From assembly GCA_964247055.1 (NCBI GenBank), contig OZ176051.1:10106001-10170000 (forward strand): 64,000 nucleotides of DNA, in the 5' to 3' direction. This document shows, piece by piece, positions 25,376 to 38,603 of the stretch. Source of the DNA: Paragordius varius. Lineage: Eukaryota; Animalia; Nematomorpha. Under the pieces are notes generated by a model. That model did not search any database, was not told the DNA's origin, and worked only from the letters and a program-made list of their open reading frames with translations. Within the stretch, counting starts at the first letter, position 1. Each line of letters opens with the position of its first letter. The position numbers and the translations under genes are program-made.

Positions 25376-25664
25376 CAGTAAAAACTGAAATTATACGGAC
25401 AAAACGCAAAAATATAAAGTCAATTTTTTTAAAAAAAACACATCCATACTTTTTAAATCTTGATTTTTTAAATATAACACATGGTTGCACACTGCAAACT
25501 ATGAAACTGATAGGTATATCGGTAAATAAATCAATTATATATTTTGCAATTGTAATTTCATAATTTATATAAAAAATTAAGGTTTAAAAAAGAAAGGTTG
25601 TCTTTTAAAAAAAATATTTGTCTTTATATTTTTACGTTTTGTCCGCAAATTTCAATTTTATTTG
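25376..25664. mobile_element. MITE family C copy
   Basis: TA-CAGTAAAAACTGAAATTATACGGACAAAACGC...GTTTTGTCCGCAAATTTCAATTTTATTTG-TA. Confidence 0.7.
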
Positions 25665-26565
25665 TATATTTCGGCAATAACTCTTATATTTATAGTTAAT
25701 TCTTTTAAATTTTAATAATTCTTAATTATGCGCGGACGGCTAATATATATATTTAGCAATATAGACTGCATTTTATAAAATACTATTATTATGAAGAGAA
25801 GTATTCACATATTTTAACTTGCAATGTTTAGCATGCTAGAATTTTATTATATTTGATGCTTCATTGGATGCTAATCTTTTTATGACAAAAAAATCTAATT
25901 AAATTTTAAGCTTACTTCAAGTTTTTAAAAAAAAATTAGCCAATATAATTATATCTTTGGAGTTTGTTGAGATCTATATATGTGTCCTTTGACAATTTTT
26001 CCAGCTTATGCGCATCTTTCATTATAACAAAAAAACGGGATTAAAATTTTGACATAATGGATATAATAAATATAACCATTACAAACTTCATACTCAGGTA
26101 ATATCATTGAGTTCAGCAGGAAATGCCCAGTCTTTCCTATAACCTTAGGATGGTGTATAAATGGGGAAGAAAATTCTTTGCTTAACAAAACTTTAAACAA
26201 CTATTATTTAATCTTATAGTATGCGTGATTATTGAATGGGAAATTGGATTCTTTGGATTTTATATTGTAAATGTTGACATTACAATAAATACTGAAAATC
26301 GTCCTTGAACATTTCCAGTGAGTCGCTGAACGCTTCAAGTTGGTCCTTGAAGACTTTATATGGTCTGGTACATTTCAAGTTGGTATTAGAACAATTTAAG
26401 TTGGTGCATTAAATTTTTAAGTTTAATTTAACCATAATTTTGCATTTATTTTTTAACCTAATTTTCTTTATTTATTATAATCTATTTAAAAATATAATTA
26501 TAACCACTTTTTTTGTTTCAAACTAATTTTTCAATTTAAAATTATTAAATTATAAATGTTTTTAA

Positions 26566-27117
26566 CACTTGGATACAACATACTCAAAATTGGGGTAGTT
26601 GGATACCCCAGGCTTGTTTAAAATCAAATACTTCAGTATGGAAGGAATCGAAACCATGGCAAAATTTTGCACTTATATAACATAAATAAACCTAAATGTA
26701 TAAAAAATCTTATTCAAAAACATTTTATATTAAATATTTTAAGCTAAAACCTAAAGGTAAAAATTTCGTCAATGTGACATGTGTCAAATGGTAAAATTAA
26801 AATAATAAAATATAAACCGCATTTTCTATTTCTATCAATGTAAGATGTAATTTATATTCAATTATAGCTTTAGTTTTACCCTTAAATAACAAAGACGATG
26901 TTTTGCAAAAATTTTGTTAAATAAAAATGGCGTCGAAGTAGTTTGAGATGGAACTTTTTTTTCAAAACAAAATTTTATCAAGATATATTGGCATATTTAT
27001 ATAATTTTTATCAGGATAGAAGCATAAATTTAAATTGGGACCGTATCCTTCAGTAGTTTTTTGAAAATTCTAACTTATAGTCTGGGCTATTTAGATACCC
27101 CAATTTGAATCGAAGTG
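26566..27117. mobile_element. piggyBac-like MITE copy, 552 bp
   Basis: TTAA-CACTTGGATACAAC...TTTGAATCGAAGTG-TTAA; colinear with 12657-13238. Confidence 0.7.
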
Positions 27118-27137
27118 TTAATAAAAAATTGTAAATA

Positions 27138-27412
27138 CAGCAAAAATTAATATTATACGGACATAACGTAAAAATATAAAGACAATGTTTTTTTCAAAAG
27201 ACAACCATACTATTACAAACTATAATTTATCCTATTAAAATCATTTAAACAATCATAAAATATACATTTGAGTATGTACATATCTATTTTATACTTTAAA
27301 GAAAATAATGAGTTATAAAAACAACAAGATTTAAAAAGTATGGTTGTACTTTAGAAAAAAAATTTTGTCTTTATATTTTTACGTTTTGTCCGTATAATTT
27401 CAATTTTTACTG
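27138..27412. mobile_element. MITE family C copy
   Basis: TA on both sides, ~60-bp TIRs. Confidence 0.75.
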
Positions 27413-28330
27413 TAATAACCTAGAAACTTATATATTTTTGAATTAGGTGATCTAATAAATATTTAAAATAAATAATTAAAAGATTGATATTGATTTAAAA
27501 TTTATGTTTAATGTAGAAAATAGGTTAAAAATGATAAAATAGATGAATGATATACGATTTGTTTGATAAAAGTTAAAAATAAAACAAAAAGTTAAAGCAC
27601 CGACTTGAAGTCAACATAAACACACTTGAAATGGTTAAGGGCCAACTTGTTAGACACTCTTGAATTGTTCAAGAACCAACTTGAAGGTTTAAGGAGACTC
27701 TTGAAAAAATGGTACAAATAATTTATAACACGGTGCGCAGCAAAAAATAAATATTAATGAATCTATTCGAAAGCTAAATTCAAGATAATAATAATTATCG
27801 AAATGATATATAGGTCAAAATACTAGAAAAAAAGTTATTTAAATTTTTCTATTAATAGCCAAAATCAAAAATAGATAAAACGTGTCAAAAAATTTTATTT
27901 GTGTTTATATAGCATAAGGGTAATTCTAAACGCAAAATTTATCAACAAAAATTTTACCTTTTGGTAGGTCCCAGAAAAATTTTCAAGAATATAAAATTCA
28001 GCAGCATCCTGACTTCCCACTTTTATTTTTTTTGCACCAATAGACAAAACACCTCCAAGAATACCAATTTATCATAATAGAGTAATACTTAAGGGTTGTT
28101 CTGTCATTTTTTGAATTATCTAATTTTCCAAATATTATCTATCTATGAACCCATTTAGCATATACACCGTCAAAAGAAAAGATGTTCATATTTTTTCTTA
28201 ACACCTCTGCTATATACAAAATTTCATCTAAGTACATTTGATTATTGTTTCTGATGATATTTGTTACAAATAATTTACTTTGTTATCCTGTTTAGTGATG
28301 AACATTGATTACCTTTCGCAGTCTATATAT

Positions 28331-31046
28331 CAGGGGTGGCCACACTTTTTTTGTCGCGAGCTTTTTTTTGGCTTTTTTCTTAAAAAAAGAGTTCGCGGTC
28401 ACCCAGAAATATTTATCAAAAAAACTCAATCAACACTTTAAATGATGTATATACCTGCTTTACAGATTAGAGTGACTTGTTTAAACCATTTTAAAATTGT
28501 AATTTTTTTATCTATCAACCAAATACAAAAATAATTTTAATTAAAAGACAACGGGTTATTAACTACCTTAATTTTTTAACCAACATAAAACACTTCAAAA
28601 TATTTAATTAAATTTCTATTATATGAAATTTTACAATATAAAAATTTAAACAATGCATTTGAAATTACAGGGGAGAATACATTATGATACAAAAAATAAA
28701 AGAAATAAAAAATAGCATTCCAATTTAGAACCATAATTTGAACATAAATAAGAGTACATTAAAATTGTATCAGTTTTAATTCTATCCACATATTTTTTAG
28801 TAAATCGGCTTTTTCCTAAGCGAAAATACAACTCGATAAGCATCCATATTTAATAAAGAAAAAAAATATTTAAAACGCCCGACTGCGAAGAAATTCAGAA
28901 AGTTTTTCTAAATTAGGTTCAAATGAAGTCAAAGCAATTCTTAAACATGATTCTAAATGTTTATTAGTTAATTGTGACCTCTGTTTAGTTTTGATAGCAT
29001 TCATAATTGAAAAAGCCGATTCACATAAATATGTGGATACAAAAAAAGAACTGAATAATGCAGCGGTTTTCCAAATATGGGGTATTTATCTTTATTTATA
29101 AATTTATATATATCTGATCCTAATGATTTTAGATGGATATCGCATTTAACATTTATTAATTCCTCTTCCAACTCTGCTAAATTTGGTACTCCAAGAAAGT
29201 GGCTGAGTTTTTTATTATTATTAAATGGGCATGATAAAAAAATAGCGATGTCTTCAAGTTTATTTATAGATGAAAATCGTTTTTCAAAATCATTAATAAG
29301 CAGACCAATATCATCTGCATATTTTTCAAAAGAGAGATTCTCTATTTTTTCAGACACCGCTGCCAGATTAAAAAAATGTTTTATATCTCGGTTTTTTAAT
29401 TGTGTTTCTACTACTGTTAATGTTTCCTTAAAAGATTTTAAAGCACCCATCATATCCATTATTGTTTTATCTTTTCCTTGTAATTGGATGTTTAATTTAT
29501 GCAATTTTTCCGTGATATCGCCTAAAAAAATGAAAGATCAAGCAGCCAATCTTGATCTTTCAATTCAGGGTATGAAAATTTAGAATTCTCTAAAAAAATT
29601 TCTATTTGTGGTAAAAGTTGCCTAAATCTAATTAAAAATGCGGCACGACTCAACCACCTTACATCAGTATGTAATAAAAGTTCTCCATATTCCACGCCGC
29701 GCTCATTTAACAAAATTCGAAATTGGCGGCGGGGCAAGCTTTTTGTTCGAATGGCGTTAACAATTTTAAAACAGGGGTTCATTACATGATGGTATTTTAA
29801 AACTTTTGAACATAAAACTTGATTATGGATTATACAATGGTAATCAATGAACTTGGGAAATGCACTGTGATTTTTACATAAAGCGATAAAGCCGTTGTTT
29901 AAGCCAATCATAGCTGGAGCTCCATCAGTAGTTATAGATGCGAGTTTTACGATGGGAAGTTTCGTATCTGTGATAAATTTATAAAAAGAATCAAAAATAT
30001 CCTGCCCTCTGGTTCATTCGTGGAGAGGTATTATAGTTAATAATTCCTCCTTTGCAGATAAATCACTAAATATCATACGAATAAAAATGCATAATTGGGC
30101 GATTCCAACATAATCGGTGGACTCATCGAGTTGCAAAGAAAAAAAATACAGTTATTAATATTTTCATGTAAAATTTCATAAAGATTATTACTAATATCTT
30201 CAGCCCTGCGCATAACGGTATTTCTCGATAAGCTTATGCTTTTAATAGCTGTCATAATATTATTTTTGTTATCAAAATTTTCAAATAAAATATCACAAGC
30301 GCTAATAAAGGCTTCTTTAAATATTTCACCATCTTGGAATGGCTTATTGTTCCGAATGAGTATTTCCGCTACCTTGAATGAAGCAATCGTAGCATTTTTA
30401 TAGTCTTTGTTGTATTTAAGTATGCTATTTTGTGAGGCGGATAATTGTTCTTTTAATTCCTTTACTTTAATATTGCGTTCTTGAGTTTGTAAGGGGTAGT
30501 TTTTGGAGTAATGTGGATGCAGAGATCTATAATGTCTTTTAATATTTGACTTTTTGGGCAAAGCAACAGTACTATTGCATATTAGACAGGTGCATGTTTC
30601 ATTTATCATAATAAAAAAGTATTCATGCTCCCAATCTTTCTTGTATCTGTACAACTTTTTTTGGCTCATTCTAAAATATAAGTTTTAAAAACCTACTTTT
30701 GGTGTATCAAATCAAATCTAACTTCACGATTATGCTTCTGATTTATAAATAAGCTTTGCTCAAAGTTTTGATATATACAAGGGAAATGACTGATTTTAAG
30801 TTTTAATGCAAATGCTCCAAAACATATGAATTATAATTAATAAAATAATTTTTTACACCCTTTTCTTAGACGTTTTTTTTAATTTAAACCGTATTTTTTT
30901 GTATTTTAAATTTAAATTCGCTCAGAAGTAGCCAACTATCCGAAAAAAATCAATAAAATTTTTTAAAAAAAAATATTTTCAGGCGGTCACTTTTTGAGTT
31001 GTCGCGGTCACGAAAGTGACCGCGGTCACCTCGTTGGCCACCCCTG
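28331..31046 (-). mobile_element. Full-length hAT (Charlie/Buster, GTF2IRD2/SPIN-like) DNA transposon, 2716 bp
   Basis: TIR CAGGGGTGGCCA / TGGCCACCCCTG; perfect 8-bp TSD CTATATAT (28323-28330, 31047-31054); subterminal GCGGTCAC repeats. Confidence 0.92.
28900..30669 (-). pseudogene. Frameshifted hAT transposase
   Basis: ORF pieces 30073-30669 (WEHEYFF..CLIC..NIKRHY, SLSRNTVMRR), 29522-29911 (HCIIHNQVLC, TDVRWLSR) and 29001-29504 (LNIQLQG..FEKRF), broken at homopolymer runs. Confidence 0.85.
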
Positions 31047-31815
31047 CTATATATATTCAGACATTTTATTATCTCACCCCACCTACTTGGTTTTTTCATT
31101 TATTTTATTTAAGTTTAATACTGTTTCAATACAATGTTATAAATATGTGATGGCGAATGGGTCGCTCTAATGCTATCTGAAGGAATATATAGGAAGGCTA
31201 ATAATATAATACTTTCATCTTTAAAAAAAGTGACACAATAATTAAACTTTACTCGTCACAAAGTTAATGAATTGTTGTTATCATATACACATGCATTTTC
31301 TTCATGGATTATGTGAAGAGTTGGGGCTTCTTGTAAACACCTGTTATCAATGATACCCCAGGCTATTTTCTCATAAATAAAATATTCGGATTAAAAAATT
31401 TGGACTTACTACAGTCTATACTGTTATATAGTGGTATGCATTATTTATGTTAAAGTGAAATAAGTCAGGTTTTTTGAAATTATCGTAACTTGTATGTTTT
31501 ACATGCAAATACAATTATTTGTTAAAATTATGGAACACAGTATTTGTTCAGCTAAAAAAATTGTGATAAGGCAGTGCTTTGAGTTTTATCTTCAAAGACT
31601 GAAGGCCTTGTGAGCATAATATTTCTTGGAGTTATCCGCGTTCTATAGTTTTATTATTTTTAGATGATCTAGACAGGCAAGATCGTATGCATCTATTTTT
31701 AACGTATTAACATTTAATTTTAAATATTTATTGTACATTTTAACATTTAGTTATTGATCAAATCATGGGTAATTTAACTCGTGCATAGATTAATATTTAT
31801 CTTTGTATGATATTA

Positions 31816-31864
31816 CAGTATGCATTTTGCCGTCTGAAAAATGAAACCATTAAAATGCATAGTG
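31816..31864. mobile_element. Short internal-deletion derivative of MITE family D
   Basis: TA-CAGTATGCATTTT...AACCATTAAAATGCATAGTG-TA; same ends as 44288-44449. Confidence 0.5.
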
Positions 31865-33664
31865 TAAATTAATGTTAAAGTTAAAAGTATTAAATTTGTT
31901 TTTAACATATTTGTTTACCGGTCATTAGCAATTATCTAGCCATTTTGATAATTTTTATGGATTTGATAATCAATTAAGAGAGGTTGATATTTTTTGAAGC
32001 AATAGAACTCTAGACACATAATAATTCCAGATATATTTGTTTTAGACACTATGGAAAGTATAAATTCTATAAAATAGCTGAAGACTGACTGATTCCTTTA
32101 TAGTTTTGTCCCAATTTATAGTGTTGGGCAAATAAATTTAATTTTTATTTAATAAATATATTTTTTCATTATATTTTGTATGTTATATAATTTTGAAAAC
32201 ATATTTATATGTGCATCGTGGCGCATTAAATTTCCAAATCTAAATTTTTTAAGCGAAATGTTAATTATCATAAACATTCAAGTCATCTCAATCTTCTGTG
32301 GAATAATTCCAAGATAACTACTAGAAATGATTGATTAAAAACGGACCTTTTCTTCGTTTTATTAACCCGTTTATCGGTTTTGTTTAAGTATCCCAAGATC
32401 TTTTTATGCTCAAAAATTATCATAAAAAATATCTTAAAAAAATTATAAAATTTATATAATTTACTTTAAGATATTTTGTTTTTATATTGATATATTAAAA
32501 ATTAATACATTTTGGTTAATAAACTCCTTCAATTGTTTGAGGCCCTTTAATATTTATACATACCACATTACCTTCAAATTGTGGTCCCTAAATTACTCTG
32601 AGTTGTTAAAGGATATTGATTCAGAATTAAAAAACCTTAAAATTAATCTTGAATTTTAAAAAGCCGAATTCGAACATATTCCACATTTTGCCAATGATAA
32701 ATTTAATAATTTGTAAATATATCGTGGTCATAATTTTTTTTGAACAGATTTGTCCTATATTTTTTTCAATGGGGCTTGAGCGGAAAATTCGGCCCACGGA
32801 GTTTAGTTTTGGACACCCCTAATCTAGACTTTCGTGCTTATGAAAACAAGCTTAAAACAATTTTTCTTAGTTAGTCTCTTATTTTCTAAAAATATATACA
32901 AGAATAATTAAAATTAATTATAATTATCTGATTATAATAAAAATTATAATGTTCATCAGCCGCATTAAATATAATTTTTTAAAGTTTTACAACATCCAGA
33001 TGGTTAATAGTAACAAAAATGATGGATGCCTAGAATATAATTTATATAAAGTTGGGTAATATTTAAAAAATGCTTGGTTGTTATTCTAAAAAAATATTTT
33101 ATTAAACACACATCTTAATTTGAAGTTATTGATAATTTTAACTTATTTTTTTTAATTATTTTTACCTTAAAGGGTCAAATATCTAAATGCAAATTTGCTA
33201 AAATAAATACCAAAAATTATTTTTCCCTAATTTCCATAATATAAAAAATAAATTCGTATTTCATCTATAGTTGCATTAATTAATATTTGCAAAAAACGGT
33301 CATAATAGTGTTTTCTATATATAAGGTTTGAAAAAGATTTTAAATTAATATTTGTTGAGAATTTTATTTAATCTATCACATTAAAACCAAGAATATTGAT
33401 AATAAATCCATATATTATACAATAGCATCAAAAAATTGTTAATGAATCATATATCATTGGATAGCTGGATTCAGAATATTGAATGATAAATGCGAATAAT
33501 ACTTAGTTCTTTACATTGGGAAACGGTTTCATTTTGTGACTTTTCATTAAATAATTTTCAAACATATTTATTATAATCAAAATATAATTTATTATACGAA
33601 TTAAATAGCCAAATGTATAATTAAAAAGGTAGGTAAAGTGTATTTATATTAACAATCGCATCCA

Positions 33665-33927
33665 CAGAGGCGTAGCTAGAGGGGAAAAGGCAGACTGATG
33701 CACCGGGCGCCATATTTTAAGGGATACCGGATTTTAAAAAATATTAATTTTATTTCAAAAAATAGGTATTAAAAAGTTATTATTTTAAATAATACATAAA
33801 AAATCACCAATTTATGAGTAGGGTATGAATTTTATGAATTTTTCAAAATGCAAGGGGTAGCATGGAGGGGGGAGGGAGGCATCACGAATTCATGCACCGG
33901 GCGCCAGAAATGCAAGCTACGCATCTG
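33665..33927. mobile_element. hAT-like MITE
   Basis: TIR (C)AGAGGCGTAGCT / AGCTACGCATCT(G); ATGCACCGGGCGCCA repeated near both ends; degenerate 8-bp duplication GCATCCAC/GCATCTAT. Confidence 0.6.
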
Positions 33928-35384
33928 CATCTATGGAGTAAATTTTTATTTAACTTTAAAAATGATGTAGTACAAGCAATTCATCGTCTTCTCGGATCTC
34001 AAAATATAAAATTTAGCGTGGAAAAGTTCTTTCTATGTTGTGACAACTAATATTTACCGCTAATTTAACCTAACATGATATTATATTAAAATATTTATCT
34101 GTGGCCAAAAACATCTTAGGGGTCTGATGCGGTTCGTGGGCTGTGGTTTGAGTACGATTGATATATTGTTGTGTAGCTTATTTTTCCGTTATGGGTAATT
34201 AATTATGGACGCTATAGTTTATGGTTTTTTACCGGATTCATTTATTAATAAGGTAAATTTTCTCATAGAAAAAAAAATATACATGAATAGTTACTGTAGT
34301 TGTTTTCAAGTATCAAAGGTAGATATTCAGATAATAATCGTTAACATGGTAATTCTATTTTAATTGGATTAAAGATTAATTTTTTAAAACTAATATTTAA
34401 CAACAAATTATCCTTATGGAAAGAAAAATGTTATTATATCATGAATATTAAAAAATAATTTTAACAATAAATTATAATTTTAAAAATAAAACCATATGGG
34501 AACCACTTATTTTGGAGGTGAAACCGGATCCGACCGGCTAGATGGTTGGAGGATGTGGATCCGGTTCCGGCTCGAAATTCTAAGTTATACTAAGTTTGAT
34601 CTAGAACTAGATTCTAGAAAGTAATTTTTATGAAAAGATGTTCGATTCACTTTCCGAAAAATCAGTGTTCTAAAATTGTAATTTGGAGTTTCGCTAGAAT
34701 TTATTTTGGCATAATTGAAATGAAAAAAAAATGTTTTTTTATTATATCAAAAATTTTTGTCTTAAGATTACTTTTAATTCTAGGTATAATATAAATTAAG
34801 TAATAAACTTGATATGGATTTTTATGTTATTGCTAGTCTTGTTTCGGTATAGCAAACGAAACTTTATAAAAAAATTATCAACCTTTATTTTTAGCATATT
34901 AAATTTGTAGTGCACTGTACTCTTACTTGTTTTCAAATCATGTTTTACTATGAATTTGGGGTTTATAATTCTTTAAATATTTTATTCTCCAAATTATGGA
35001 AGAGTTTGCTGGATAGAAAGATTTAGCATTGAACTCCGCCGGCCACGATTTAAACATAAAACACTTGTCAAGCCAAAAAAATGAACATTTAAAAATAATT
35101 TATCAGATAAACACCAGTCTCTTTATACAATATCTGATTATTGCATTTTAAACACTTAACTCTGAGTTTATTGAAACACAAGAATTTACGCATTTTGCTA
35201 TTAATTATCAATTCACAATTGCCACTTTGAATCATTTATAATATAATCTTTATTAGCTTAGCTGGTAAATAAGCTTGTCTTCGCTAACGTGACCCCCAGT
35301 TGCCGAGTCTTAAGTGGATGAGATTAAACAAAATGACGAAAACAAAGCGACAAATTTGACCTAATTTGACAAAATTCGGCACAT

Positions 35385-35386
<2 letters not shown>

Positions 35387-35421
<35 letters not shown>
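35387..35421. repeat. (TA)n microsatellite (others near 10475-10497, 12304-12338, 54810-54853)
   Basis: Direct reading. Confidence 0.9.
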
Positions 35422-35425
<4 letters not shown>

Positions 35426-35665
35426 AAAAATTTTATTGAGGGGTTTTCTTCAAAATAAAATTTAATTTTTTGACCTATGGCACATGACTCTTTTAAGAGA
35501 GTTTTGAAGATATCATTATTCATATGTGATGCTTAAATGTTCATTTACTTTGATTTTACAACATGTAGCTAAAGGTTCATGGAGATTTTTTAGAAATATA
35601 AAATAAATATTTTTCTTATATCTATATACGTATAAATATAATGACGCAATAGAAGAAAAATATAT

Positions 35666-37579
35666 TTAAGATGTAACAGGAGGGTCATTATTAAATAATA
35701 TATTGTCATCAAAAGAATTGTTCGTGTGGACCTTCATATGCCGACTCAGATTTCCGGATTGAGAAAACTTTAATTCACACAACGTGCATCGATACGGTTT
35801 CTCTCCACTGTGTGTTCGAATGTGCTTAGTAAGGGTCGAACTATCCGAGAATTGTTTGGAACATTGGGAACATCTGTAAGGCCGTTCTCCAGAATGAGTT
35901 CTCATATGCGTAGTAACTGAGGAGCTTTGTGAAAAATGTCGTCTGCAGACGCGACATTTAAAAGGCTTTTCCCCACTGTGTGTTCTGACGTGAGCCATCA
36001 AATTAGCTGCTTGGGCGAAGCCTTTGCCACATCGATGACATGAAAATGGACGTTCCCCCGAATGAGTTCTCAGGTGAGTTTTAAGGGTACTTGGTCTACT
36101 ATAGGATTTCCCACAATAACAACAAATATTAATGGTGTTGTTGTGTGAAGATGATAAATTAAAACTTGATAAATAATTGGAATTCTGTTGTTGCATGCAA
36201 GTTGAATGTTCATCTGGTCCCCTTCTTTTATCTTTAATTGGTAACATGTTTTCCGCCAATTCAAATTGTGAGGAAGGGATAAATACGTGATCTGTATGGA
36301 GATAATTGTTAAGTTTTTCCTGATAATCATACTTTTGATTCAGATATTTGAGATCATCATTGTACCTATAAGAGTAGTAGTTATAAGCTTCACAAGGCGT
36401 TTTACTACCAAAATCTGTCCAACACTTATCATACAAATAGGTGTATTGATTAGATTCAATCAATGGGCTTGGAATTGGAAGATTGCAATAAAAATAATTT
36501 TTAGAGCTGGCACAATTAGAAGAAGTGGATATTTCTTCCATATCATAAACGGATTTATGTCGAATATTTGAATGTAAGAAGGAATCTGTTTTTTGCCCTA
36601 TTACCGTTTCGCCCAATTTACCATAGCTAAATGTAAAAATATTTCGATATTACATCATATTTTTTATGAATCCACAACACTATGTCGATTCATATTTATA
36701 ACAAATGTTAGATATTCTGGATGCCGAATAAATTAACACTTTAGCCAAATTTAATTAAAGGATATGCGGGGCTTTCTCTCTTTCCTTAACTTATTGCTAA
36801 GTAATCAAATTGGTTATTACCTAGGTTATGTAAAATTAGTTTAGGAATTCGATTATTTATTCTTTTACTCTGATCATAATAAAAAGCATATGCAAAAATA
36901 TTTTAATATCTTATGGAATTTTCCACAATTCTCATTTTAAAATTAAATAATCAATTTAAAGCATTTTTAAAGAATTAGATTTTAATGCAAACTTATGCGT
37001 TTTATTCATCGATATTTGGTGGATGTTATTAATTTTAACTGTTAACCTATTTATATTAATAAATAAATTGTGTTCAAAATACCTTGTCATATAATAATCA
37101 TTTGGTGATGTTAAAATCTCTGTGTTAGACGATGAAGTAAAAAATTGATATGGTGTCTGATAGTTATCAATGTAACCAGAATTGGATTGTTTAATTTTTT
37201 CTCCCAATTGATTATTTACATGATAATGACAGCTTTTAGGCGGTGAAGTTTGCACAGAATAAAAATAATTATTTGCATTTGATTCAGTTTTTACCATGTA
37301 GTCAGATGGGGTGAGATTCAATTTAGTTAAATCATAATAGGAATAAGGTACTCCATCACTATTGCACTCATAGGGTATCCATTGTTGAGAAACTTGGTAT
37401 ATGCTATAAATATTATTGATATCGTTTTCACTTGTATGGTTTTCATTATTATTTTCACCAATCTGCTTAAATAACGCATTATTATTATTTTGTATATTTT
37501 GCACATTCCAATTGTTAACTTCCGGCATAGATATGTTTTCACTTGCTGAGATATTGGGGTGTATTAATTGAGAATTCAT
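35666..37579 (-). CDS. gl: Glass-type C2H2 zinc-finger transcription factor (2 exons: 37579-37083, 36626-35666)
   Basis: Five fingers [14 protein letters not shown] / [14 protein letters not shown] / [14 protein letters not shown] / [14 protein letters not shown] / [14 protein letters not shown] closely match the Drosophila Glass finger array; GT-AG intron 37082-36627 joins the two ORFs in frame (~485 aa). Confidence 0.88.
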
Positions 37580-38603
37580 TCGAAAAATTGAAAAGGGTTA
37601 AAAAAGTATCCCAAAAACTTATAAATTTCAATCACATCTTATTCCTGGTACATTGATTTAATCCCCCGTATTTTTTGATCATTTTTTCTTTTTAATCAAA
37701 AGAAACCTTATACATTTATACTTTTGGGGTAAACTATTAGATAATACATTAGATGTAAACATCTATTACTGAACCCATACCTCAAATAAGAGTAATGTAG
37801 GTCAAAATACTTTTTTATTTTGTGGACACTATTTATAATTATTGGCAATTATTTGAGTATACGTTTTACCAATATATTTTATCTCCAATTTATATAATGA
37901 ATGAATAAAGTTAATAGTATTGAATTTCAAAAGATGTGCCGCGACCTTTTTTCTTTGAACCATGTTTACTAAAATTTTACTAAAAAATCCTTTTAAGATC
38001 ATTAACAGTAGACAAGAGGGTGAAAATAATTATTTTTTTACCATAACGGCATTAGCTTTTTACAGGTAATAAATAAAAATATTAATATTATATAAAACTA
38101 CACATTTGATTGATTAATTACGGTTTTAAGATGTTATAATAATTTTCCTGCTTAAACAATAATTCATTGAGTAATATATGGCTTCTTAAATTAATAATGG
38201 AAAATAATTAAATTTTTTGCTCCCAGAAAACCAGTAAATTTGTAATGACTTTGAAAACTATAATACCGGAAACAAGATTAAAATTGTATTGTAATATCAT
38301 TAATAATAGGTGTTTTAGCGTCTATAATTATGTAATTTAATTAAAAGGCTCCTTGTCCTACTATGTTACAAATAATGTATGCATAAAAAAATTTTTTTAA
38401 CAAAACCACTTGAATTAAAGTAAAAATTATTCATTTATTTATATGTACATATTGAAGTAAGGTAAATAACAAAATTGATATTTATTTCGTGTATTAAGCA
38501 AATGGATATTGATATTAATTTATAAATATAAAATTTATGGCAAAAATTTCCCGCTTAAAAGCTGGTATATCCGTTATAAACGCTACTAATTTAATTGGAT
38601 TAA

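Noticed and set aside
29077-29583. 168-aa plus-strand ORF
   Set aside because: Antisense shadow of the hAT transposase
27950-31700. Minus-strand exon-like fragments flanking the hAT element
   Set aside because: Could not be spliced into one stop-free frame; a gene may exist but is unsupported
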